34,332 nt of DNA, from contig JAVCCP010000049.1 in assembly GCA_030765405.1 (NCBI GenBank), positions 1 to 34,332 on the forward strand, read 5' to 3'. The DNA comes from Candidatus Ancaeobacter aquaticus (GTDB lineage: Bacteria > Auribacterota > Ancaeobacteria > Ancaeobacterales > Ancaeobacteraceae). Positions 1 to 8,192 of the stretch are shown here, piece after piece. A program made the translations under genes and the position numbers. Each line of letters opens with the position of its first letter. Position 1 is the stretch's first letter. The notes under the pieces were generated by a model. That model was given only the letters and a program-made list of their open reading frames with translations. It was not told the origin of the DNA and did not search any database.

Positions 1-70
1 CTCCGTTTTTGTTGTAACGTGTTGTGGTTATCATGTTTACAGCATATCATAAACGGAGGAAATTACAAGA

Positions 71-92
71 AAACAATTTATATAAATTGTTT
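71..92. promoter_or_regulatory. Perfect 22-bp palindrome upstream of recA, candidate operator
   Basis: AAACAATTTATATAAATTGTTT equals its own reverse complement; it ends 60 nt before the likely recA ATG at 153. Confidence 0.5.
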
Positions 93-152
93 AAATATAA
101 AGACTTATGCGTTTTGCATAAGGCATAAATAATGAATAAAGGAGGATGTATT

Positions 153-1190
153 ATGGCTGAAGCAGTGAAAACAGGAGCCAAAGCGGCGACAAATGAGGCT
201 GGCAAAGTTAAAGCACTTGATATTGCTATTACACAAATTGAAAAGAATTACGGGCAAGGTTCAATTATGCGGCTCGGTGAGGAACATTCAAAAATAAAAA
301 TTCAGGTTATCCCTACAGGGGCTTTACCACTTGATATAGCTCTTGGTGTTGGTGGTATACCAAGAGGAAGAGTGGTCGAAATCTTCGGCCCTGAATCTTC
401 AGGTAAGACGACGTTAGCACTGCACGTTGTTGCCAGCGCACAAAGATTGGGTGGTGTAGCAGCATATATTGATGCAGAACACGCGATAGATCCGGCATAT
501 GCACACAAACTAGGTGTTAATTTAGAGGATCTCTTGATCAGCCAGCCTGATTCAGGTGAAGATGCCTTAAACATCGCTGAGATACTTGTCAGATCAAATG
601 CGGTAGATGTTATCGTAGTTGATTCAGTAGCGGCACTTGTTCCAAAAGCTGAAATTGAAGGCGATATAGGTGATACTAAGATCGGTATGCAGGCACGACT
701 CATGTCACAAGCGCTTCGACGTTTGACTTCATCAATTAATAAATCTAAGACAAGCTGTATTTTTATTAATCAACTTCGCATGAAGATCGGTGTTATGTTC
801 GGTAACCCTGAAACAACGCCAGGTGGAAGAGCTCTTAAATTTTATTCTTCAGTACGGCTTGATATAAGAAGAATAGCTTCAATTAAGGATAACAATGATG
901 CTGTTGTTGGTTCACGTGTTCGTGTAAATGTTGTAAAGAACAAGGTTGCGGCACCGTTTAGAAAAGCTGAATTTGACGTTATGTACAATGAAGGCATTTC
1001 GAAAGAAGGGTGTGTTATCGATATGGGTGTTACCTTTGATATTATTGATAAGAAAGGTGCATGGTTTTATTACAAAGGTGAAAGAATCGGGCAGGGAAGA
1101 GAACAAGCAAAAACTGAGCTGAGGACAAATAAGAAAATGTATGAGGCAATCACTAAAGAAATCATAGCAAAACATGACGAAGAAAATTAA
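153..1190 (+). CDS. recA: Recombinase RecA
   Basis: Walker [35 protein letters not shown] and [10 protein letters not shown] motifs. Start moved from 132 to ATG 153, which follows a GGAGG Shine-Dalgarno (SD) at 141-145. Confidence 0.99.
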   Translation: MAEAVKTGAKAATNEAGKVKALDIAITQIEKNYGQGSIMRLGEEHSKIKIQVIPTGALPLDIALGVGGIPRGRVVEIFGPESSGKTTLALHVVASAQRLGGVAAYIDAEHAIDPAYAHKLGVNLEDLLISQPDSGEDALNIAEILVRSNAVDVIVVDSVAALVPKAEIEGDIGDTKIGMQARLMSQALRRLTSSINKSKTSCIFINQLRMKIGVMFGNPETTPGGRALKFYSSVRLDIRRIASIKDNNDAVVGSRVRVNVVKNKVAAPFRKAEFDVMYNEGISKEGCVIDMGVTFDIIDKKGAWFYYKGERIGQGREQAKTELRTNKKMYEAITKEIIAKHDEEN

Positions 1191-1216
1191 TACGATACAC
1201 GAATAACGGAATACAT

Positions 1217-3850
1217 ATGGAAGCAGTAAAAATACGTAAGACATACCTTGATTTTTTTAAATCAAAAAAACATGTCATCAAACCAAGCGATGCACTTATT
1301 CCTTCAAGTGATCCGTCATTACTTTTTACCACTGCAGGTATGGTGCAGTTTAAAGCGCTTTATTCGGGTGCTCCACTAGATTTTTCTCGTGCGACAACAG
1401 TACAGAAATGTCTGAGAGCTGGCGGTAAGGGGAGCGACCTTGAGAATGTGGGAAAGACATTAAGGCATCATACATTTTTTGAAATGTTGGGTAATTTTTC
1501 TTTTGGAGATTATTTTAAGGAAGAAGCAATTGCCTGGGCGTGGGAATTTTTGATAGATGTCTTAAAAATGCCTAAAGAGAAAATCTACATATCAGTCTAT
1601 AAAGATGATGATGAAGCGTATGATATCTGGACAAAAAAAATGGGTATCCCTGCCGACCATATGGTGAGACTGGGTAAAAAGGATAATTTTTGGGGGCCTG
1701 CCGGGACGACCGGTGCGTGCGGACCCTCATCTGAAATCTATTATGATTTAGGAAAAGAAAAAAGCTGTGGCAGTCCTGATTGTGCTGTTGGGTGCGATTG
1801 TGAACGGTTTATTGAGTTTTGGAATCTCGTATTCCCACAATTTAATCAAGAAGAGGATGGCAAATTACTTCCACTTGAACGTAAAGGTATCGACACAGGG
1901 ATGGGACTAGAACGTCTGGCATTACTCTTACAAGGTGTCAGTAATAATTATGAGACAGATCTTTTTGCACCGATCATAAAAGATATTGGATCACATACAT
2001 CTGAGCCATATGAAAAAGATAATAAATATGCTTACCACGTAATCGCAGATCATATTCGTGCGCTAACATTTGCGTTATCAGAAAATATTCTTCCTGCAAA
2101 TGAGGGCCGAGGATATGTTATGCGCAGAATCCTCCGCCGAGCAGTACGCTATGGTAGAAAATTAGATATTATGGAAGCATTTCTCTATAAATTAGTGCCG
2201 GTTGTTGTTTCGATAATGAAAGAAGCATATCCTGAACTTGAAAAAAGCCGTGAGCATGTCTCAAGCATCATCAAAAGCGAAGAAGAACGATTTCATTTAA
2301 CACTTGATAGCGGCATGTCCCTTTTAGACGAAATTTTGATTAAATCTGAAAAGAAAAAAGTGCTTGTAGGTGAAGATGTATTTAAGCTTTATGACACCTA
2401 CGGTATTCCGATAGATATTATACGTGATATTGCACGAGATGAAGAATATACCGTTGATGAATTAGGTTTTGAAAAGCTCATGGTCTCTCAACGTGAACGC
2501 GCACGGTCAAATTGGAAGGGTGCAAAACAAGCAGATGAGCTCGTGCTATATCAGGAAATACGTAATAAGTATGGCCGAACAGAATTTGTTGGATATGATA
2601 AAACTTCATGTGAGACAGAAATATCCACGATCATTAAAGAGGGTAAAGTTATTGAAACTGCGCAAGTAGGTGACGAAGTAGAAGTTATTGTGAAGAAAAC
2701 ACCATTTTATGCTGAAAGCGGTGGACAGGTAGGTGATATCGGGGAAATGACGACAGATGCGATGCGTACTGAAGTAATGGATACACGTAAGGTTGGAGAT
2801 GATGTCTATATTCATCTTTCAAAGGTGCTTAAAGGGACGGTAAAAGCAGGAGAGACTGTACATATCTGTGTAGATGAATCCAAACGTAATGCAACTGCAC
2901 GTAATCATACTGCGACACATATTCTTCACAATGTTTTGAGGCGTGTTTTGGGAAATCATGTAAAACAGGCAGGATCTCTTGTCGAACCTGAACGATTACG
3001 ATTTGATTTTACCCATGTTAAAGCGCTTACAAAAAGAGAAATTGAACGAATAGAAGAACTGGTTAATGAAGAGATTATGGTTAATCATAAGGTAACAATA
3101 CATTCTGAAAGTCTTGAAGATGTTAAAAAAATGGATGTTATTGCGCTTTTTAATGAGAAATATGGCGAAAAGGTGCGGGTTGTTAATATCGGAGAGGTCA
3201 GTAAAGAGCTTTGCGGTGGTATGCACGTTATCCGTACAGGAGATATAGGGATCTTTAAGATTGTTGTTGAGACGTCTGTTGCCGCAGGCATCAGGAGAAT
3301 CGAAGCGTATTGTGGTAAAGAGGCGTTAGCATACATTAAAAACAATGAAACAGTAATAGATGATCTCTCGCAACTATTAAAATCTCCTGCTGATGATCTT
3401 TTGAGCAGGGTACAGAAATTGCAGGAAGAAAATAAGGCACTTTTAAAAGAAAAAGAACAACTAAACAAAAAAGAAATTGCAGGAAAATTCGATGATATGC
3501 TTTCACAAGCTGTTGATGTTAAAGGCGTGTCAGTTCTCGGCGCTGAAATAGATAATACTTCTATGGATATGCTCCGTGACATAGTAGATGCTTTAAAACT
3601 CAAGCTTAAAAGCGGTGTTATTGTCTTAGGCTCGACCTGTGAAGGTAAAGTATCAATGGTATGCAGTGTCACACAAGACCTTGTCAAAAAAGGTTTGAGT
3701 GCTTCAGATATAGTCAAAAAAGTAGCTAAAGTCGTTGGTGGTGGCGGTGGTGGCAGAAAAGATATGGCTAGTGCCGGTGGTAAAGACCCTTCAAAATTGA
3801 AGGAAGCGCTTTTATCTGCACAAAAGGTAGTGGAAGAACTCTTGAAGTAG
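1217..3850 (+). CDS. alaS: Alanine--tRNA ligase
   Basis: AGMVQFK, RHHTFFEMLGNFSFGDYFK and DTGMGLER motifs; editing-domain HTATH and ELCGGxH; C-terminal DHHA1 GGGGGGRKDMA. Confidence 0.99.
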   Translation: MEAVKIRKTYLDFFKSKKHVIKPSDALIPSSDPSLLFTTAGMVQFKALYSGAPLDFSRATTVQKCLRAGGKGSDLENVGKTLRHHTFFEMLGNFSFGDYFKEEAIAWAWEFLIDVLKMPKEKIYISVYKDDDEAYDIWTKKMGIPADHMVRLGKKDNFWGPAGTTGACGPSSEIYYDLGKEKSCGSPDCAVGCDCERFIEFWNLVFPQFNQEEDGKLLPLERKGIDTGMGLERLALLLQGVSNNYETDLFAPIIKDIGSHTSEPYEKDNKYAYHVIADHIRALTFALSENILPANEGRGYVMRRILRRAVRYGRKLDIMEAFLYKLVPVVVSIMKEAYPELEKSREHVSSIIKSEEERFHLTLDSGMSLLDEILIKSEKKKVLVGEDVFKLYDTYGIPIDIIRDIARDEEYTVDELGFEKLMVSQRERARSNWKGAKQADELVLYQEIRNKYGRTEFVGYDKTSCETEISTIIKEGKVIETAQVGDEVEVIVKKTPFYAESGGQVGDIGEMTTDAMRTEVMDTRKVGDDVYIHLSKVLKGTVKAGETVHICVDESKRNATARNHTATHILHNVLRRVLGNHVKQAGSLVEPERLRFDFTHVKALTKREIERIEELVNEEIMVNHKVTIHSESLEDVKKMDVIALFNEKYGEKVRVVNIGEVSKELCGGMHVIRTGDIGIFKIVVETSVAAGIRRIEAYCGKEALAYIKNNETVIDDLSQLLKSPADDLLSRVQKLQEENKALLKEKEQLNKKEIAGKFDDMLSQAVDVKGVSVLGAEIDNTSMDMLRDIVDALKLKLKSGVIVLGSTCEGKVSMVCSVTQDLVKKGLSASDIVKKVAKVVGGGGGGRKDMASAGGKDPSKLKEALLSAQKVVEELLK

Positions 3851-3853
3851 CCC

Positions 3854-4195
3854 ATGCAAATTGATTCCTACTCTTTCGGAAATATATCAATAGATGGTGT
3901 GTTCCACACTTCGGATATCACAGCTTATCGCGGGGAAGTTAATTCCAAATGGTGGCGTAAAAGCGGTCACGAACTCTCGATAGATGATCTTAAAGGTATT
4001 CTTACGTTCAATCCAAAAACAATAGTTGTTGGTCGTGGTTTTTTCGGAATCATGAAAGTCCTTCCTGAAACAGAAGAGTTCTTGAAAGAAAAAGGTATTA
4101 CACTTTTTAGCGCGAAAACAAAAGACGCTTGTGAGTATTTTAATTCTATGAAAGACCAAGACAATGCGGTGTTTGCTGCTCACCTTACCTGTTAG
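3854..4195 (+). CDS. Mth938-like domain protein (DUF498/598)
   Basis: IDSYSFGxIxIDG start, WWRKSGH, IVVGRG, T..AC..FN and C-terminal AAHLTC are typical of this family; 113 aa. Confidence 0.85.
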   Translation: MQIDSYSFGNISIDGVFHTSDITAYRGEVNSKWWRKSGHELSIDDLKGILTFNPKTIVVGRGFFGIMKVLPETEEFLKEKGITLFSAKTKDACEYFNSMKDQDNAVFAAHLTC

Positions 4196-4252
4196 GTGTA
4201 TAAATTAGTGTTATGCCGCTAGAACTTAATAAATAATTTGTGAGAATATGAA

Positions 4253-4897
4253 GTGAGCAGAAAACGAACGTATCTTATTCTTTTTCAATTGGTTTTAATA
4301 GTGATTTTATTTTGCAATGGTTGTTTTCAGCTAAGGTCATTAGATTACAAAACTCATCCCAAAGTTATAATGCAGACAGATTTTGGAAATATCATTTTTG
4401 AATTAGATCTACAAAATGCCCCAATTACAACCATCAATTTTTTGAGATATGTTGATGAACAGCGATTAAAACCAGCTTCTTTTTATAGAGTTGTCAGGAT
4501 GGATAACCAACCAGAAAATGATATAAAAATTGAAGTGATTCAGGGCGGAATAGCCTTTGAGGATAGTCCTCTTATGTTACCGCCGATTGAACATGAAACG
4601 ACTAAGGAAACAGGAATCCTCCATAAAGATGGAACTATCTCGATGGCAAGGAATAAAGCAGGAGTAGCAAGTTCAGAGTTTTTTATCTGTATTGGAAATC
4701 AACCTGAGCTTGACTTTAGAGGTAAGAGAAATTCTGATGGTTTGGGCTTTGCTGCATTTGGGCGTGTAATAGAGGGTCTAGATGTTGTTAAAAAAATACA
4801 TAAACAACCTGCAAATGGACAAATGATTATATCACCAGTCGAAATAATAAAAGTGAAAAAGGGGTCACACCTAATTATTAGGCATAAACCAAAATAA
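4253..4897 (+). CDS. Cyclophilin-type peptidyl-prolyl cis-trans isomerase, probable lipoprotein
   Basis: TDFGNI.FEL....APITT.NF, FYRVV, VIQGG, GTISMAR, SEFFIC and AAFGRVIEG motifs; hydrophobic N-terminus ending FCNGC (lipobox-like). GTG start. Confidence 0.9.
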   Translation: MSRKRTYLILFQLVLIVILFCNGCFQLRSLDYKTHPKVIMQTDFGNIIFELDLQNAPITTINFLRYVDEQRLKPASFYRVVRMDNQPENDIKIEVIQGGIAFEDSPLMLPPIEHETTKETGILHKDGTISMARNKAGVASSEFFICIGNQPELDFRGKRNSDGLGFAAFGRVIEGLDVVKKIHKQPANGQMIISPVEIIKVKKGSHLIIRHKPK

Positions 4898-4917
4898 ATT
4901 AGGGGTGAAACCCCTTT
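4858..4917. repeat. 60-bp imperfect palindrome (REP-like), probable bidirectional terminator between convergent genes
   Basis: AAAGGGGT (4858-4865) pairs with ACCCCTTT (4910-4917), and TCACACCTAATT (4865-4876) pairs with AATTAGGGGTGA (4897-4908) with one mismatch. A nested AGGGGT-gaa-ACCCCT hairpin lies at 4901-4915. Confidence 0.6.
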
Positions 4918-5434
4918 ATTTCAAAAGATAGAGTAGTCCAACTACTGTTTTCCCGTCTTTTATCTTACCATCCTTAATCATTTTCTTGAGCTTTGTTGGT
5001 GTGAATGCTTCTACTTCTATTGATTCATCTTCTTCAGGGCATGCCTCTTTCAGAGTTAGCTGATGTGCTGCGTAGATATGTATCTCTTCAGAGGTGTATC
5101 CCGGCGCAGGGTACATGCGTAGTAGGGGAGAGATCTTTTTTGCGACGTAGCCTGTTTCTTCAAGTAGTTCGCGTTTTACGCATGATAAGGGTCTTTCGCC
5201 CGGTTCACGTGTTCCTGCAGGTATTTCGTAGAGATTCTTTTCGACTGCTTTACGGTATTGTTTTACCATTACAATTTTTCCGTCCGGGAGGATAGGGATT
5301 ATTGCAACCGCACCAGGGTGTTTTATAATATCACGTACGCTTGTCTTTGTTTTAGATATGCTAATGGTATGACTTTCAAGCGTGAATACTTTGCCTGCAT
5401 AGATTTTTTTCTTTTTAAGAGTTTTTTCTTTCAT
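4916..5434 (-). CDS. nudF: NUDIX hydrolase, ADP-ribose pyrophosphatase family
   Basis: HPGAVAI, LVKQYR-like segment, Nudix box EIPAGTREPGE.PLSCVKRELLEETG, PAPG and EDE.IE motifs. Start reassigned from 5536 to ATG 5434 (MKEKTL). Confidence 0.85.
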   Translation of the reverse strand: MKEKTLKKKKIYAGKVFTLESHTISISKTKTSVRDIIKHPGAVAIIPILPDGKIVMVKQYRKAVEKNLYEIPAGTREPGERPLSCVKRELLEETGYVAKKISPLLRMYPAPGYTSEEIHIYAAHQLTLKEACPEEDESIEVEAFTPTKLKKMIKDGKIKDGKTVVGLLYLLK

Positions 5435-5451
5435 GTCAGTGCCTTTATAGT

Positions 5452-5521
5452 TAGCCCTGCTATTTGCAAGGCTTCCGCCACAAAGCAACGGCGGATCTGT
5501 CCTCTGGCTGAAAAGCCTTGC
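5452..5521 (-). other. Multi-hairpin structured element in the nudF leader
   Basis: Outer 9-bp stem GCAAGGCTT (5466-5474) / AAGCCTTGC (5513-5521) encloses a CCGCC/GGCGG hairpin (5475-5494); a further TAGC/GCTA hairpin lies at 5452-5462. Confidence 0.5.
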
Positions 5522-5563
5522 GCTACATACAAACACATTTTATGTGTTTTGGTATCTTTTTTC

Positions 5564-5593
5564 TTGCAAAAATATATCTAAGGATATTATAGT
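5564..5593 (+). promoter_or_regulatory. Putative sigma70 promoter, probably leaderless
   Basis: TTGCAA (5564-5569), 18 nt, TATAGT (5588-5593); ATG lies 6 nt downstream and has no SD. Confidence 0.45.
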
Positions 5594-5599
5594 TATTTT

Positions 5600-6277
5600 A
5601 TGAAAACTATCAAGTGTATCATTTCATTAGCTGTCGGTATCCTGTTATCGACGACGAGTATGTGTCAAACTGTTCAGAGCCAGGAGAGAATGGATCCTGT
5701 TAAGATACTCAATGATGCAAGTCAACGGTTTGAATCGTTAAATACCTATACCTGTAAAGTGACTAGTATTTATAATACGTATAATAATAATAAGGCAAAT
5801 CGTCATCAGGACATTGTTCAATATGTTTTTCAAAAACCCATGAGTATACGGATGCAGTGGGTTAAGCCATGGAATATCAAGGGGCAGGAAGCTGTCTACG
5901 TTGATAATAAGCTTAAGGTAAGATTAAACTGGCTACCTATATGGGTTTCAATTAATCCTGACGGTAATATCGCGAAGGATTCCGCAGGGAACAGGATCTA
6001 TCAAAGTGATATGGGTACAGTCATAAAGCAAATCATGGATATTATTCCGACAACAAAAGTTGTTTTTGAGGGAATGGTTAAAAAGAATAAACAGGAATTA
6101 ATAAAAATATCACTTAAGAATAAGGACGAAATCGTTAATGTTCTGATAGATAAGAACCTTATGCTTCCGGTTACCGTTGAGTATTTTGGCTCCGATATGA
6201 AACTTATCCAGGCTGCGTATTTTGAAAATCTTGAAGTGGATGTGCCAATACCTGATTACTCATTCTCCGCAGATTAG
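5600..6277 (+). CDS. Exported LolA-fold protein, DUF1571-like
   Basis: Signal peptide; YTC.V...., FQKPMSIRMQWVKP, GQEAVYV and ISINPDG..A pattern with a C-terminal ID...MLPV.VE, resembling LolA/DUF1571-like folds. Confidence 0.55.
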   Translation: MKTIKCIISLAVGILLSTTSMCQTVQSQERMDPVKILNDASQRFESLNTYTCKVTSIYNTYNNNKANRHQDIVQYVFQKPMSIRMQWVKPWNIKGQEAVYVDNKLKVRLNWLPIWVSINPDGNIAKDSAGNRIYQSDMGTVIKQIMDIIPTTKVVFEGMVKKNKQELIKISLKNKDEIVNVLIDKNLMLPVTVEYFGSDMKLIQAAYFENLEVDVPIPDYSFSAD

Positions 6278-6303
6278 AATATTAAGAAAAATTCCATGCC
6301 GAT

Positions 6304-6654
6304 TTATTCAACAATGTCATTATTCTCGTTCATACGGATTATTGTGGGATGGTATGATTTGAGCTCTTCTTCTGTAAGTTGAACAAATGTAATGATTATT
6401 ATCCTGTCACCGATATTACCTAAATGAGATGTAGCGCCGTTTAAGCATATTGTTTTTGATCCTCGCAGCCCTTTAATAGTATACGTTTCAAATCGTTCGC
6501 CGTTTGCAAGATTTGCGACTAGGACCTTTTCGTGTTCGATTATATTTGCTTTTTCCATTAAGTCTTCATCGATCGTGATACTGCCATTATAGTCTAAATG
6601 TGAATCGGTAACTTTTGCTCGATGAATTTTTGATTTTAACATTGTTAACTGCAT
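6304..6654 (-). CDS. panD: Aspartate 1-decarboxylase
   Basis: MLKSKIHRA.VT, Y.G-SITID self-cleavage site, NGERFETY and ICLNGA motifs; GGAGG SD upstream on the minus strand. Confidence 0.97.
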   Translation of the reverse strand: MQLTMLKSKIHRAKVTDSHLDYNGSITIDEDLMEKANIIEHEKVLVANLANGERFETYTIKGLRGSKTICLNGATSHLGNIGDRIIIITFVQLTEEELKSYHPTIIRMNENNDIVE

Positions 6655-6783
6655 TGTTTCCTCCTTGTTAGACTAATATCTACCAAATGTTTGCCTGAGA
6701 TGCAAGTGTTAAATGACAGATAAGTAGTCATTTGCTATGGGATTGTAACATCATTTAAAATTCTTTAGGAAAAAGTTATATGA

Positions 6784-6792
6784 TGATATAAT
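6784..6792 (+). promoter_or_regulatory. Extended -10 promoter (TGnTATAAT)
   Basis: TG-A-TATAAT at 6784-6792, 29 nt upstream of ATG 6822. Confidence 0.5.
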
Positions 6793-6821
6793 CATAATAA
6801 AATAGTTAAAGTGTAAATAAT

Positions 6822-7469
6822 ATGAAAAATATAATTGTAATGAGTATTGTTTTATTGATGTGCAGTAATCTGTATGCGTTGGAAAACAGGTTTTCCGATT
6901 ATAATGCCGATGCCTTACAGTATTACAATCAGGCTGTTGATCTTTTAGCGCAGTATAAAACTAAAGAAGCCAAAGAGCTGTTTGAAAAAGCGGTCTTCGC
7001 AGAGCCTTTCTTTGCAGAAGCATTTTTTAATCTCGGGGTGTTGTATCAAAACAGAGGTGATACTGTTAACGCGTTACGCGAGTATCAAAAAGCGGTTGCA
7101 TTATATCCGCGTGATGCTGAACTCTATTACAATATTGGGCTTATACATTTGGGTAATGGAAATTATGAAGTGGCTGAAGATGCATTTTATGAAGCGCTTT
7201 TTATTGATCCGGATATGAATAATGCTCGTTATCATTGTGCTGATGCATTGCGTTTGCAAGGTAAGTATGATGAGGCGCTTGAAGAAGTACAGGAAATGTT
7301 AGATCGTGATCCCAACACTGCTGATACCTATTTACTCATGGGGATTATTTTTGACAATAAAGGTGACGCTCTTCGTGAAGCTCTTTTTTCGTATAAGAAA
7401 TATATCCAGTTTGGTGGTAAAGATCCGCGTGTTAGAGGATGGATTGATCGGTTAGAGTATGAATTGTAG
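6822..7469 (+). CDS. Exported tetratricopeptide repeat protein
   Basis: Signal peptide ending LYA; several TPR units (AEAFFNLGVLY, AELYYNIGLIH, ARYHCADAL, DTYLLMG). Confidence 0.85.
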   Translation: MKNIIVMSIVLLMCSNLYALENRFSDYNADALQYYNQAVDLLAQYKTKEAKELFEKAVFAEPFFAEAFFNLGVLYQNRGDTVNALREYQKAVALYPRDAELYYNIGLIHLGNGNYEVAEDAFYEALFIDPDMNNARYHCADALRLQGKYDEALEEVQEMLDRDPNTADTYLLMGIIFDNKGDALREALFSYKKYIQFGGKDPRVRGWIDRLEYEL

Positions 7470-8186
7470 CACGATGCCACAGACTAGGGGAAGAGCAGCA
7501 TTCAAGCCAATTTGAATTCCTGTTACTGTGTAACTCTGTGAAAGGTCTTTTTTCTTTGTGAAATGAGCGATTAAAAAACGCGGTATAAGGGCAAGAGGAA
7601 TAAGTAAAAGGTATGGGCCAGCGAGGAATACCGCATTAAAAATAATGCATCGTTCACACATTTCGTATAGTTCTAATGATTGCAACGCTGTCCCTGGAGC
7701 AAAGTTAGGAAAAAACGATAATTTTGCTGTATCGATCAGGTATGTTGAGGCAAAAGCCGCAACGACAAAAAATATTGCGTAGATAATATAGACATCATTG
7801 TTATAAAAAATTGCCCAGAAATAAGGGGTAGTAATGTATGGATCGGTACCATTTAGGGGGATCATAAAACAGAGCAAATAGATTGATAAGTGTACAACTT
7901 GGTCGGCTATAAAACCTGTAAAGATATTTTTTTTGGTAATATATTTATTTAATACTGTTTTAGACCAATCGATAATATAATGTAATACCGCGATTGTTAT
8001 TAAGAGAACCCAGACAGACCACAGATGTAGGAAAGGTACGGCAAAAAGCACTGCAACTATAAATATCATGAATGAATGGACAAAAAGACCCCAATGTCCT
8101 TTTATTTTTAGACTGTATATATAATTTGTCTGCAAAGGAAAATCAGCAATAAAATGTGCTAACACGAGTCTTATGAATAAAAACAT
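7452..8186 (-). CDS. DUF3307 domain membrane protein
   Basis: LAHFIADFPLQT, L..HS, HYIIDW.K and DQVVHL His motifs; multiple transmembrane (TM) segments. Confidence 0.85.
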   Translation of the reverse strand: MFLFIRLVLAHFIADFPLQTNYIYSLKIKGHWGLFVHSFMIFIVAVLFAVPFLHLWSVWVLLITIAVLHYIIDWSKTVLNKYITKKNIFTGFIADQVVHLSIYLLCFMIPLNGTDPYITTPYFWAIFYNNDVYIIYAIFFVVAAFASTYLIDTAKLSFFPNFAPGTALQSLELYEMCERCIIFNAVFLAGPYLLLIPLALIPRFLIAHFTKKKDLSQSYTVTGIQIGLNAALPLVCGIVLQFIL

Positions 8187-8192
8187 ACTGAA

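Noticed and set aside
1089..1096. KOPS-like octamer GGGCAGGG in recA, with ftsK nearby
   Set aside because: A single occurrence inside a coding region is uninformative, and no dif-like site was recognised in the window.
3085..3855. 256-aa antisense ORF opposite alaS (also 302-703, 8606-9157, 10902-11459, 12058-12570, 28591-29238 and other short ORF-track entries)
   Set aside because: These lie wholly antisense to or out of frame within confidently identified genes, have Ser/Ile/Phe-rich shadow composition and show no family motifs.
4191..4917. Integron cassette / attC interpretation (GTTAGGT at 4191 fits GTTRRRY)
   Set aside because: The partner site reads ACCTAAT rather than RYYYAAC, the downstream hairpin has no terminal GTTRRRY, and no integrase is present. 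Kept only as a REP-like element.
5435..5536. N-terminal extension of nudF from the ORF track, and a ykkC-type riboswitch call
   Set aside because: The extra 34 codons run through the palindromic element and lack family similarity; the conserved ykkC sequence blocks are not visible.
8011..8026. CAGACAGACCACAGAT resembling the rimO heptamer units
   Set aside because: It lies inside the DUF3307 coding sequence (antisense to LWSVW codons), spans only about two units and is likely chance.
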